Below are positions 46,043 to 55,775 of a DNA stretch of 64,000 bases, piece after piece (position 1 is the stretch's first letter; each line of letters starts with the position of its first letter). The stretch is taken from NCBI GenBank assembly GCA_017996215.1, contig JAGOHL010000017.1, forward strand, positions 60,118 through 124,117, read 5' to 3'. This DNA is from Nannocystaceae bacterium. GTDB taxonomy: Bacteria; Myxococcota_A; Polyangia; Nannocystales; Nannocystaceae. The notes under the pieces are model-generated. The model searched no databases. It worked only from the letters and a program-made list of their open reading frames with translations, and was not told where the DNA came from. Position numbers and translations under genes: made by a program.

Positions 46043-49000
46043 TCACGGCTTGGCGCGCGCCCGCGCGAGCCACGGATCGTCGGCGCTGGCCATCGCACGC
46101 ACCGCAGGCACCCGCTCGAAGAAGCCGCGCGCTGCCTCGGCATCACCCCGTGCACGGGCCGCCTCGCCCGAGAACACCAGGCACGGCGAGATCGCGGCGG
46201 CCCAGCTCCAGTCGAAGTTGCGGGGTTCGACGATCGGCCGGCACGCCGCCAGTACGCCGTCGTGGTCGCCCGCGTCGTGCAGCAGGCGCGCGCGGTGGAA
46301 GTGGGCGGCGAAGATGAAGCGGGCGTCGAGCGCCAATGCAGCGACCTCGTGCCAGTGGGCCGCCGCGGCCTTCGGGTCGCCCTTCGCCTCGGCCGCGAAG
46401 GCGGCCGCGACCTCGCGCACCGGTGCGAACTCGCTGGTCGACGTGGCCGCGGCCGCAGGCCCCTCGAGCGCGGCGGTCAGCAGCGCAAGGGCGATCTCGA
46501 AGCGCACGTCGCGACGCAAGGTGGCCTCGACCGCGTGCTCGCGCAGGCGCTCCAGCTCGAGCAGCCGCGTTCGGTCGCCGCCGATCGACTCGAGCGTGGC
46601 CAGGGAGATCCACGACATGCTGCTCGAGTTGGTCAGCGCCCCCCGCAGCAAGCCCGCGCGCGCGCGCTCGAAGCTCGCCCGGCCGCACGCCGCATCGCCG
46701 CGTGCGGTGCACAGACCGAGCTCGTGCAGTGGATCGAAGCTGGGATCGCGATCGGTCCGCTGTCGCACGCGCGCGAGCGCGAGCGCGTAGTCGCCCGCGG
46801 CCGCGTGCCAGCCCAGCGCCTGCACGAAGGCATAGCCGTCGTCCTCCGCGAACGGCGACAGCAGCTCGAGCGCGCCACGGTAGTCACGCTCGAGTCCGCG
46901 TCGGCGTGCGCGCCAGAACGCGAGAAACTGCGGCGCTTGCTCGGCGCCGGCGGCCGCGTCGAGTGCCCAGTCGACGGTGGGCAGGTCCTCGATCGCGGCC
47001 GCGCGATCGAGCACGTGGCTGAGCCCACTGCCGAAGCCGGGCGAGAGCGCGTGCAGACGTCGGAACTCCGCCACCGCGCCCGCGCCGTCACCACCGTGGT
47101 AGAGGCACTCGAAGAGCCCGTAGGCGAGGTAGACCTCGCGGGGAAAGGCCGCCGTGGCCTCGCGCCAGCGGGGCAGCGCGGCGGCGGGACCATCGCGCAG
47201 CTGTACGAGGTTGGCGTCGACATAGCGGCGCTTGGGCTCGGAGAGCTCGCCGGCGCCGGCGAGCTCGAGCTCCGCGCGGGCCTCCTCTTCGAGCCCGAGC
47301 CAGCCGGCGAGGATGCCACCGTAGAAGTGGGCGTCGACGGCATCGGGCTGCAGGCGTCGGGCTTCGTCGAGGTAGCCCAGCGCCAGCGCGAGGTCGTGCC
47401 GCTCGAGCGCAGCGACCCCGAGCGCGAGGTTCTGGGCGTAGTCCGTCGGCCGCGGCGCAGCGGCGGGCCCCTCGAGCGGATGACCGAGCACGTGCACCGC
47501 GAGCTCGCGCGCCAGCTCTCGCACCGCCTCGGCGAGGCCGTTCGCATCGGTCGACCGATGCTGCTCCCACTCGACCTCGCCGTCGGGGGTGCGCAGGCGC
47601 AGCGTGACCTCGTAGCCATCGCCGTGGGCCGCGACGACCCCCGAGACCAACGCGGTGGCACCGAATGCGGCGACGACCTCGGGCAGCTCCGCCGCCGGGC
47701 TGCCACCGAGGGCGGTCTTGAGGCGGTGGTAGCGAACGACACGGATGCCCTCGCGGTCGCGCAGCTCCTGCTCGACGAGCTCGGGCAAGCCGTCGACCGC
47801 CCACGAGAGCCGCGGGTCGTCGACCACGTCGAAGGGCTGGAACGCGAGCACCGGCGGCCCCTGGACCGGGGCAGCGGCAACCACCGCGACTGGCGGCTCG
47901 GCCGGCATGCGACCGACCGCGAGCCCGATGCCCACCGCCACCGCAATCGCGCCCCCGATCACGGTCGCACGCACGCGGCGACGTCGGCGACCACGACGCT
48001 GCTCGATCGCCTGCAGCAGCGCGTGCATCGACGGCCAGCGCCGCGTGCGATCGGGCGCGAGTCCCCGCGCGATGATCGACGACAGCCACTGCGGCGCGCC
48101 GGCACCATCGGCCGGCGCCTCGAAGCTGCCCGCGGCCTTGAGCTCGGCGAGGGCCTGGAGCGGCAGCCGCGGGAACGGGCCGCGGCGGTAGATGCCGCCG
48201 AACAGCGCCACGCAGAACGCGTACTGATCGCTGCTCGCGTCGGCCTCGTCGCCGCGCATCTGCTCCGGTGCCATGAAGTACGGCGTGCCCATCACGATGC
48301 CGGCCTGGGTCTCGAGCTCGCCGGCCGACAGTCGCAGCGCATGTGCACTGTCGCTGGCCGACTCACGCGGCCGACCGTCGCTCACCGGATCGATGCCGCG
48401 CGCGAGCCCGAAATCCGCCACGCGAACCCGACCATCCCGGCCGCGCAGCACGTTGGCGGGCTTGAAGTCCCGGTGCAGGACGCCGGCCGCGTGCGCCGCC
48501 GCGAGGCCGTGCCCCGCGGCCAAGAAGGCGTCGAGCACCTCCTCCCACGACCGCGGCGCCGCGGCCAACCACGCATCGAGGTCCTCGCCCTCGACCAGCT
48601 CCATCACCACGAACACGTTGCGTCGCTCGGCGTCGGTGCCCGGTGCCGCGTCCGCGAGGTAGTCGCCGACGTCGTAGACCGGCACGACGTTGGGGTGCGA
48701 GATGCGAGCGATCGCGCGGGCCTCTCGCAACAATCGCGCGGCGCCGTGGGAGCCGACGTCGGCGACATTGACCAGCTTGATCGCAACCTTGCGACGCAGC
48801 TCGGGGTCCCAGCCCCGGTACACCACGCCCATGCCGCCGCGGCCGAGCGGCTCGCCGAGCTCGTAGCGATCGACGCGCAACGCCGTGGCGCCGCCGCCGA
48901 ACATGCGCTGTTCGAGCCGCGCGAGTGACTGACGCTCCTCGGGCGCGAGGTCGCCGAGCGGCTCCTCGCGTTGGGTCGGGTCGTCGTCGTCGCGCTGCAT
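46043..49000 (-). CDS. Serine/threonine protein kinase with TM segment and large TPR-like extracytoplasmic domain
   Basis: Hanks kinase motifs 'LGRGGMGVVY', 'VAIK', 'HRDFKPANVL', 'DFGLA', 'GTPYFMAPE'. TM helix (ATVIGGAIAVAVGIGLAVG), ~600 aa helical-repeat C-terminal region. Start ATG 49000; the track ORF continues to 49444 as an antisense shadow of the sigma gene. Confidence 0.85.
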   Translation of the reverse strand: MQRDDDDPTQREEPLGDLAPEERQSLARLEQRMFGGGATALRVDRYELGEPLGRGGMGVVYRGWDPELRRKVAIKLVNVADVGSHGAARLLREARAIARISHPNVVPVYDVGDYLADAAPGTDAERRNVFVVMELVEGEDLDAWLAAAPRSWEEVLDAFLAAGHGLAAAHAAGVLHRDFKPANVLRGRDGRVRVADFGLARGIDPVSDGRPRESASDSAHALRLSAGELETQAGIVMGTPYFMAPEQMRGDEADASSDQYAFCVALFGGIYRRGPFPRLPLQALAELKAAGSFEAPADGAGAPQWLSSIIARGLAPDRTRRWPSMHALLQAIEQRRGRRRRRVRATVIGGAIAVAVGIGLAVGRMPAEPPVAVVAAAPVQGPPVLAFQPFDVVDDPRLSWAVDGLPELVEQELRDREGIRVVRYHRLKTALGGSPAAELPEVVAAFGATALVSGVVAAHGDGYEVTLRLRTPDGEVEWEQHRSTDANGLAEAVRELARELAVHVLGHPLEGPAAAPRPTDYAQNLALGVAALERHDLALALGYLDEARRLQPDAVDAHFYGGILAGWLGLEEEARAELELAGAGELSEPKRRYVDANLVQLRDGPAAALPRWREATAAFPREVYLAYGLFECLYHGGDGAGAVAEFRRLHALSPGFGSGLSHVLDRAAAIEDLPTVDWALDAAAGAEQAPQFLAFWRARRRGLERDYRGALELLSPFAEDDGYAFVQALGWHAAAGDYALALARVRQRTDRDPSFDPLHELGLCTARGDAACGRASFERARAGLLRGALTNSSSMSWISLATLESIGGDRTRLLELERLREHAVEATLRRDVRFEIALALLTAALEGPAAAATSTSEFAPVREVAAAFAAEAKGDPKAAAAHWHEVAALALDARFIFAAHFHRARLLHDAGDHDGVLAACRPIVEPRNFDWSWAAAISPCLVFSGEAARARGDAEAARGFFERVPAVRAMASADDPWLARARAKP

Positions 49001-49141
49001 CGTCGTTGGTGGCACGCACGGACACGCGGGCGACGGCTGCTCCGCGCCGTTGCACCGGGAACGTCGCCAGGCACATGCTATCGCAAGCGAGCGAGCGTCG
49101 TCGCGCCGGGCTTTGTGGCATGATCGCGCTCGACCGCGCGC

Positions 49142-49792
49142 ATGGCCGAGATCACCGACTTCGAGCTGCTCGGCCAGTGGCGCGCCGGCGACACCGCGGC
49201 GGGCAACCGCCTGCTGCGTCGGCACTTCCAGAGCGTGCATCGCTTCTTCCGCAACAAGGTCGACGGCGACATCGACGACCTCATCCAGCGCACGTTCCTG
49301 GGCCTCGTCGAGGCCTTGCCGCGCTTCCGCGAGCACGCGCAGTTCAAGACCTTCTTGCTCGCCGTCGCGCGCAATCATCTGCTGCTGCACTACCGCGAGC
49401 GCGCGCAGCTGCAGAAGCGCAACGCCGAGGACGTCTCGGTACACGACCTCGGCGTCGCTGCGGCGCCCAGCGGGGCCATCGCGCTGCGCGAGGAGCAGCA
49501 GCTCCTGCTGACGGCGCTACGCCGGCTGCCACTGGCGCTGCAGCTGACCGTGGAGCTGTTCTACTGGGAGCGGCTCGGCGTCGACGACATCGGGCTGGTG
49601 CTCGAGATCCCCGCCGGCACGGTGAAGAGTCGGCTCGCGCGCGCGCGCGACAACCTGCGCGCGACGCTGCAGCAGCTCGCGACCGCGCCCGAGGTCCGCA
49701 CCAGCTCGATCTCCGACCTCGAGCAGTGGGCACACTCGCTGCGCGACGTCGTGGCCGCACTCGACGGGGCCGTCAGCGGCGACGCGCAGTAG
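49142..49792 (+). CDS. ECF-type RNA polymerase sigma factor (paralog of 19671..20297)
   Basis: Region 2 'DDLIQRTFLGLVEALPRFREHAQFKTFLLAVARNH' and region 4 'RLGVDDIGLVLEIPAGTVKSRLARAR'. Alignable with the first sigma along most of its length (DFELL...W..GD.AAGN.L..RHF.SV.RFFR.K...D.DDL.QRTFL...E). Confidence 0.85.
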   Translation: MAEITDFELLGQWRAGDTAAGNRLLRRHFQSVHRFFRNKVDGDIDDLIQRTFLGLVEALPRFREHAQFKTFLLAVARNHLLLHYRERAQLQKRNAEDVSVHDLGVAAAPSGAIALREEQQLLLTALRRLPLALQLTVELFYWERLGVDDIGLVLEIPAGTVKSRLARARDNLRATLQQLATAPEVRTSSISDLEQWAHSLRDVVAALDGAVSGDAQ

Positions 49793-50405
49793 CTCGGCCC
49801 GCGCGCGCGACCGTCGGCGCCGGGGCCCGCTCGATCATTGCACGCACGAGCGCGTCGAGCTGCCGGCGCTGCTGCTCGACCGTGCTCGCACCCCACCCGG
49901 CACCGTGGCCCGCCTGCATCAAGAGCTGGGTCAGTACCGCCGGCTTGCCGCCAAAGCGATCGAGCGAAAGCTCGCCGGCGCGCGCGGCCGCCTTGAGCGT
50001 CGAGGTCATCAGCTCGACGAAGATGCGATCGCCATCCTCGATGATCTCGCGGGCGCGCGCGTCGCTCGACTCGAGCAGCTCGCGGGCGTGGGGCGAGGCA
50101 TCGACGAGTTCGTACACGGTGGTGAACTTCGCGGACAACATCGCCACCACCCGCTCGATGGGGTCGGGCAGCTGCGCGGCTGCACGCGCGCCGTCGACGA
50201 TGCGCGCGACCACGGCCTTGCACACGGCGACGAAGATGGCGTCCTTGTCCTCGAAGTGGGCATACAGCGTCGGCTTGGCGACGCCGGCCTCCTGGGCGAT
50301 GAGCTCGACGGTCGTGCGCCGGTAGCCGTAGCGCTGGAACAGCCGCGTGGCGGCGCGGACGATGGCGTCGTGCTTGGACGTGCCTGGGGTGCCACCCGGA
50401 GCCAT
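49773..50405 (-). CDS. TetR/AcrR-family transcriptional regulator
   Basis: N-terminal HTH 'RAATRLFQRYGYRRTTVELIAQEAGVAKPTLYAHFEDKDAIF'. Start ATG 50405. 20-bp convergent overlap with the sigma gene 3' end. Confidence 0.8.
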   Translation of the reverse strand: MAPGGTPGTSKHDAIVRAATRLFQRYGYRRTTVELIAQEAGVAKPTLYAHFEDKDAIFVAVCKAVVARIVDGARAAAQLPDPIERVVAMLSAKFTTVYELVDASPHARELLESSDARAREIIEDGDRIFVELMTSTLKAAARAGELSLDRFGGKPAVLTQLLMQAGHGAGWGASTVEQQRRQLDALVRAMIERAPAPTVARAGRATARRR

Positions 50406-50471
50406 CGATGCCGCCGCAGGGTACCACCAACGCACGTACGGCCGGGTCGCGTGCGGGACGGTGAAACCATT

Positions 50472-50497
50472 TGAACCGTTCTGACGTTTGTGGTTCA
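50472..50497. promoter_or_regulatory. Inverted repeat in the TetR/SDR divergent region (candidate operator)
   Basis: TGAACC-N14-GGTTCA between starts 50405 and 50513. Confidence 0.35.
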
Positions 50498-50512
50498 GTT
50501 CGGAAGCCACCC

Positions 50513-51418
50513 ATGACCACCGCAGACTCCACCCCCGCCGTCCTCGTCACTGGCTGTTCCTCTGGCATCGGTCGCGCGACCGCGCTGCGGTTGGCGCGGG
50601 CCGGCAGCGGCTGGCGGGTGTGGGCCACCGCGCGGCGGCCGACCGAGCTGGCCGAGCTGGCCGCGGCCGGCTGCCGCACGCTCGCGCTCGACGTCTGCGA
50701 TCGCGAGTCGATGGCCGCGGCGGTCGCGGCCGTCGAGGCCGAGCACGGCCACGTCGCGGCGTTGATCAACAACGCCGGCTACTCGCAGACGGGCGCGTTC
50801 GAGGCGGTGCCGCTCGAGGCGGTGCGCCGTCAGTTCGAGACCAACGTGTTCGGCGTGATCGCGCTGACGCAGCTGGTCCTACCGGGCATGCGCCGCGCCG
50901 GCGCCGGTCGCATCATCAACCTGAGCTCGATGGGCGGCAAGCTGGTGTTCCCCGGCGGCGGCTACTACCACGCCACCAAGCACGCGATCGAAGCCCTGAG
51001 CGATGCGCTGCGCTTCGAGGTGCGCAGCTTCGGTGTCGAGGTGGTGCTGATCGAGCCCGGCCTCATCAAGAGCGGCTTCAGCGAGGCCGCGGTGTCGAGC
51101 ATGCAGCACCGTGAGGGCGTCGGTGCGACGTACGACGTGTTCCACGACGCGGTCGCGCGCGCGACCAAGGAGATCTACGACAAGGGGCCGCTCGCCGCGT
51201 TCGCCGGCGTGCCCGACGACGTCGCGAAGGTCATCGAGCGCGCGCTCGCAGCCAAGCGTCCACGTGCGCGCTACACCGTGACGATGTCGGCCAAGCTCTT
51301 GCTCGCGCAGCGGCGATGGTCGAGCGATCGCGTGTGGGACTGGTTCCTGCGGCAGAACTTCCCCTCGCCCGCACCGCTCGGCGCACTCACGGCGGCGGCG
51401 GAGCCCCGCGACGCTTGA
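50513..51418 (+). CDS. SDR-family oxidoreductase
   Basis: 'VLVTGCSSGIGRA' cofactor motif, 'NNAG', catalytic 'YHATKHA'. Divergent from the TetR gene. Confidence 0.85.
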   Translation: MTTADSTPAVLVTGCSSGIGRATALRLARAGSGWRVWATARRPTELAELAAAGCRTLALDVCDRESMAAAVAAVEAEHGHVAALINNAGYSQTGAFEAVPLEAVRRQFETNVFGVIALTQLVLPGMRRAGAGRIINLSSMGGKLVFPGGGYYHATKHAIEALSDALRFEVRSFGVEVVLIEPGLIKSGFSEAAVSSMQHREGVGATYDVFHDAVARATKEIYDKGPLAAFAGVPDDVAKVIERALAAKRPRARYTVTMSAKLLLAQRRWSSDRVWDWFLRQNFPSPAPLGALTAAAEPRDA

Positions 51419-52946
51419 ACAACGCCTCGAGCCGCACCCAGCCCCAGACGTAGCGCCAGTCGTCGCGGTGGATGACGCGCAACACCGTGCCGAGCGCCGC
51501 AAAGGTGCCGAGCAGCAGCGCCGCCTCGCCGGCCAGCATCCACGCCGCGGGCCCGCTCATCTGGCGCTTGAAGCCCCACGCGATCGCGGCGCCGACCAAC
51601 GCGATGCCGACCACCCGCGCGTAGGCGCGTAGCGGCAGGATGTCGCCCATCGGCAGCCCCGAGGCCCGCGCGATGCTCCAGCTGTAGAACACGACGATCG
51701 GCACGAACGCGATCGCGGTGCCCATCGCCGGGCCCTCGAAGCCGACCCACCACAGCAGCGGCAGGCTGATCACGAGGTTCGCCACCAGCGACAGCACCGA
51801 GGCCTGGAAGACGTAGCCCGGGCGGCCTGCGGCCACGATCACGGTGCCGAAGGCCGCCACGCGTCCGGCCGTGAGGATCGAGTACCAGCGCAGCACCGGC
51901 GCGGCACCGGCGTACTCGGGCGTGAACAGGATCTCGACCAGCTCCTCGGCGGCGACCACGAACACCATCGCGATCGGCACCACCAGTAGCGAGACCTTCT
52001 CGATCGACCCGCGCCACAGCGCGATCGCCTCGCGCGGGAGCTTGTCGCGGAACATCGCCACCAGCTGGGGCGCCATCGCGGTGCCGACGATGTACGGTAC
52101 GCGCGTGATGATCGGGATCTGCCACGCGCCGGCCTGATACTCCGCGAAGTACACGTCGGCGAACGCGAGCATGATGAGGAAGCGGTCGAGGCTGTTGTTC
52201 AGCACCGCGACGACGTCGGTGAGCCCGAGCGGGAGACCGAAGCGAATCATCTCGCGCAGCGAGGTCGGCGACGGCACCCGCTCGGCACCGCGATACAGCG
52301 AGCGCAGGCTCGCCAGCACCCACACACCCTGGGCCACGCCGACCAGCACGAGGCACTGCGCGACCGTCCACGCGTCGCCACCGAGCGTGATGGGCACCAG
52401 GGTCGAGCACGACAGCGCCAGCGAGCGGAACACGCCGTAGGCCGCGGCGCCGCCTGGCCGGTGCTCGGCGACCAGCAGGTTGGGCAACACGCGACCGGGC
52501 AGATCACCGAGCGGCATCAGGGCGATGACCACGAGCGGACCGAGATCGACCGCAGCGTCGGAATCGACCGACGACAACATCGCGACCAGGTCGCTGCCCC
52601 AACGCCCGATGAACAGCAGCAACAGCCCCGCAGCGGCCCCCAACACCAGCAACGTGCGGCAGATCCGTCGCGCGATCGCGGCACGCTCGGCCAGCGGACG
52701 GCCGGGCAGGTGGTACATGACGGCCTGCGGAAAGCCGGTCGCGACCACCAGCGCGACCGTGTTGTAGACCAGCAGCAACGCGGTGAGCGTCGCAACATCC
52801 GCTTTGCCGAGCAGGCGCACGACCAACAGCGGCACCACGATGTCCGCCAGCGTCGCGAGCACGTTGCCGAGCACGAGCACACCCGCCGCCTGCGAGGCGA
52901 GCTTGCCGGCGGATGGCGGCGGCGCGGCGGGAGACTCGGCGGTCAT
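51387..52946 (-). CDS. Polysaccharide biosynthesis protein / oligosaccharide flippase (MOP superfamily, Wzx/MurJ-like)
   Basis: 519 aa with ~14 predicted TM helices and the composition typical of Wzx-type flippases. 32-bp convergent overlap with the SDR gene. Confidence 0.65.
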   Translation of the reverse strand: MTAESPAAPPPSAGKLASQAAGVLVLGNVLATLADIVVPLLVVRLLGKADVATLTALLLVYNTVALVVATGFPQAVMYHLPGRPLAERAAIARRICRTLLVLGAAAGLLLLFIGRWGSDLVAMLSSVDSDAAVDLGPLVVIALMPLGDLPGRVLPNLLVAEHRPGGAAAYGVFRSLALSCSTLVPITLGGDAWTVAQCLVLVGVAQGVWVLASLRSLYRGAERVPSPTSLREMIRFGLPLGLTDVVAVLNNSLDRFLIMLAFADVYFAEYQAGAWQIPIITRVPYIVGTAMAPQLVAMFRDKLPREAIALWRGSIEKVSLLVVPIAMVFVVAAEELVEILFTPEYAGAAPVLRWYSILTAGRVAAFGTVIVAAGRPGYVFQASVLSLVANLVISLPLLWWVGFEGPAMGTAIAFVPIVVFYSWSIARASGLPMGDILPLRAYARVVGIALVGAAIAWGFKRQMSGPAAWMLAGEAALLLGTFAALGTVLRVIHRDDWRYVWGWVRLEALFKRRGAPPPP

Positions 52947-53073
52947 GCTGGGCGCACTCGGGCGATCCGACCGGGGTCGCGAACCCGCGCGCCGTAGGTA
53001 TAGCGCAGCCCCGCGCGCCGCGGCTGCTCGCCCGTGCGACGTTCGCCACGCGTCGGCGACGCGCCGCCGTTCG

Positions 53074-53775
53074 TCACGCGGTGCTCGGCAGGTAGCCGGC
53101 GAGGTAGCGCTCGAGCATGCGCTTGGTCTCGGTGACGATGGCCGCGGCGAGCGAAGGATCGGTCTCCCGCGCCAGCACCAGCATCATGGTCGCGACCGTG
53201 TTGACGACCATCGTCGCAACCACGCGGCGGGTCGCCTCGGGCAAGCTCGGGGCCCACGCGCCGAACAACGCCGCGGTCGCACCGATGAGCTCGCGCATCA
53301 GCGCCTGATCGGCCTCGGCGTACTCGCCGTACAGCTCGAGGTTGCGCCACACCGCCTGCATCACGGTGCTGCGGCCGTGCAATCCGACGAAGCCATCGAT
53401 CACGCGCGCCAGCAGATCCGGCCACGGCGTCGCCAACGCGTCGGCACCCACCAAGGTCGCATAGCCCGTGCTCGCCTCCAGCAGACACCGCTGCGCAATC
53501 TCGCGGAAGACGGCGTGCTTGTTGGGGAAGAACTGATAGACCGAGCCGATCGAGGTGCCCGCACGCGCGGCGATGCCCTCCATCGTGGTGTCTGCGAAGC
53601 CGAAGCGCGCGAACGACTCGGCGGCCGCCTCCACGATCCCCTCGAGGCGGCGTTGACTCCGCACCTGGGTCGGACGCCGCCGCGCCGGGCCCTCGACGAC
53701 CGCCGCCGCACGGGCGCTTTTCCCCGTGGTCTTGGAGGCTTGGCGCTGTTTCGCCGGTGTGCTGCGAGGCGGCAA
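53074..53775 (-). CDS. TetR-family transcriptional regulator
   Basis: HTH 'RRLEGIVEAAAESFARFGFADTTMEGIAARAGTSIGSVYQFFPNKHAVF'. Divergent from the P450 gene. Confidence 0.8.
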   Translation of the reverse strand: MPPRSTPAKQRQASKTTGKSARAAAVVEGPARRRPTQVRSQRRLEGIVEAAAESFARFGFADTTMEGIAARAGTSIGSVYQFFPNKHAVFREIAQRCLLEASTGYATLVGADALATPWPDLLARVIDGFVGLHGRSTVMQAVWRNLELYGEYAEADQALMRELIGATAALFGAWAPSLPEATRRVVATMVVNTVATMMLVLARETDPSLAAAIVTETKRMLERYLAGYLPSTA

Positions 53776-53787
53776 CTTGCCAAAAAA

Positions 53788-53829
53788 TGAGGCTCGCCTC
53801 AGATATTGTCAAACATGAGGACGCCCTCA
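53788..53829. promoter_or_regulatory. Two related palindromes in the TetR/P450 divergent region (candidate TetR operators)
   Basis: TGAGGC-tc-GCCTCA at 53788..53801 and TGAGG-acgc-CCTCA at 53816..53829. The second overlaps the first codons of the P450 gene. Confidence 0.45.
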
Positions 53830-55200
53830 CATTTGGTCGAGCTCCCCGACACGCATGAGGGTCTGCCGCCCGGTCCCGGCGGCCTGCCGTGGAGCGGCCT
53901 CGCGCTGCTGCGCGACCCGCTCGGCAACCTGACGCAGGCCCACGCGCGCTACGGCGATGCGATGACGTTCCGCGTCGGCCCGCTGCGCTTCGTCGCGGTG
54001 GCCGACCCCGCGCTCGCGCAGCACGTGCTGGTTCGCAACCATCGCAACTACGTCAAGAGTCGCAGCTACGCGGGACTCCGACTGGTGCTCGGCAACGGCC
54101 TGGTCACCAGCGAGGGCGAGGTGTGGCGACGGCAACGCAAGCTCGCGCAGCCGGCATTCCACCGCCAGCGCCTCGCCCGTCTCGCCGAGACCATGGCGAC
54201 CTGCGTCGACGAGCGCATGGGCGAGTGGGCCGCCCGCAGCGACACCGCGATCGACATCCACGGCGAGATGATGCAGCTGACGCTGCGCATCGTCGCCCGC
54301 ACGCTCTTCGGCACCGACCTCGCGGCCGACGGCGGCGACGTGCTGGCGCAGCTCGGCCCCGCCGTCACCGAGGCCCTGCACAAAGCCGAGCAGTATGCAG
54401 AGTCGTTGATCCGCTTGCCGCTGTGGCTGCCGACCAGCTCCAACCGCCGCTTCGCCAAGGCCAAGAAGCTGCTCGACGGCATCGTGCACGGCATCATCGA
54501 ACGCCGCCGCAGCGGCGGCGAGGCCCACGACGACGTGCTCGGCATGCTCATGTCTGCGACCGACGAGCACGACGGCGGCGGCATGGACGACGCACAGCTG
54601 CGCGACGAGGTGATGACGTTGTTCATGGCGGGGCACGAGACCATCGCGACCGCGAGCACATGGACGCTGCTGCTGCTGCACCAACACCCGGAGATCGCTG
54701 CGCGCGTGCGCGACGAGGCCCGCAGCGTGCTCGCGGGCCGCCCCCCGAGCTTCGACGACCTGCCGCGACTGCCGTACCTCGGCCAGGTCATCGACGAGTC
54801 GATGCGTCTCTACCCGCCGGTGTGGATCGTCGAGCGCCAGGCGCTCGCGGAGGATCAGCTGGGCCCGTGGCGCATCCCCAAGGACACCATCGTCGGGGTG
54901 TCGCCGTGGCTGATGCATCGCCACCCTGGGCTGTGGGACGAGCCGCTGCGCTTCGACCCCGATCGCTTCGCACCCGAGCGCCTGCAGGAGCGCGCCAAGC
55001 TGGCCTACCTCCCCTTCGGCGCCGGCCCGCGGATCTGCATCGGCAACCACTTCGCGCTGATGGAGGCCAAGATCATCCTCGCGACGATCGTGCAGCGTTG
55101 GTCGATCTCGGTCGACGCGCCAGAGGCGGTGCGCTTCGATCCCAGCGTCACGCTGCGCCCAGCCGGCGGCTTGCCGGGTCGGCTGCACGCGCTGGCATGA
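53815..55200 (+). CDS. Cytochrome P450
   Basis: Heme-binding loop 'FGAGPRICIGNHFA', I-helix 'AGHETIA', ExxR 'ESMR'. Start ATG 53815 (TTG 53806 also possible). Confidence 0.9.
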   Translation: MRTPSHLVELPDTHEGLPPGPGGLPWSGLALLRDPLGNLTQAHARYGDAMTFRVGPLRFVAVADPALAQHVLVRNHRNYVKSRSYAGLRLVLGNGLVTSEGEVWRRQRKLAQPAFHRQRLARLAETMATCVDERMGEWAARSDTAIDIHGEMMQLTLRIVARTLFGTDLAADGGDVLAQLGPAVTEALHKAEQYAESLIRLPLWLPTSSNRRFAKAKKLLDGIVHGIIERRRSGGEAHDDVLGMLMSATDEHDGGGMDDAQLRDEVMTLFMAGHETIATASTWTLLLLHQHPEIAARVRDEARSVLAGRPPSFDDLPRLPYLGQVIDESMRLYPPVWIVERQALAEDQLGPWRIPKDTIVGVSPWLMHRHPGLWDEPLRFDPDRFAPERLQERAKLAYLPFGAGPRICIGNHFALMEAKIILATIVQRWSISVDAPEAVRFDPSVTLRPAGGLPGRLHALA

Positions 55201-55253
55201 ACCCGCGCGCGCCGGCGAGACCGGCGCGCAAGCGGCCGTGAACCGAGCGCGTG

Positions 55254-55721
55254 CTACTCGAGCAGGCTCCGCAGCATCCACGCGGTCTTCTCGTGCACCT
55301 GCATGCGCTGCGTGAGCAGATCGCAGGTGGGCTGGTCGTTGGCGTCGGCCGCGGTCTGGAAGATCTCGCGGGCGGTGCGAGCCACGGTCTCGTGACCGTC
55401 GACCAGGCGACGAATCATGTCCTGCGCCTTGGGCACGCCGTCGTCCTCCTGGATCGCCGACAGCTTGGCGAACTGCGCGTAGGTGCCGGGCGCCGGCAGT
55501 CCGAGCGCACGGATGCGCTCCGCCACGAGGTCCACCGCGAGCGCGAGCTCGTTGTAGTGGGTCTCGAACATCAGATGCAGGGTCTGGAACATCGGGCCGG
55601 TGACGTTCCAGTGGAAGTTGTGGGTCTTGAGGTAGAGCGTGTACGTGTCCGCCAACACGCGCGCGAGGCCGTTGGCGATGGTCTCGCGCTTGGCCGCGTC
55701 GATGCCGATGTCGATGTTCAT
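55254..55721 (-). CDS. dps: Dps-family DNA protection during starvation protein
   Basis: Ferritin-like four-helix bundle with ferroxidase residues '[23 protein letters not shown]...D'. 155 aa. Confidence 0.85.
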   Translation of the reverse strand: MNIDIGIDAAKRETIANGLARVLADTYTLYLKTHNFHWNVTGPMFQTLHLMFETHYNELALAVDLVAERIRALGLPAPGTYAQFAKLSAIQEDDGVPKAQDMIRRLVDGHETVARTAREIFQTAADANDQPTCDLLTQRMQVHEKTAWMLRSLLE

Positions 55722-55775
55722 CGTGATCCTCCGGTGGGGTGTCCGATCTACCGCATTTTCGCGGCGATCTGACGC

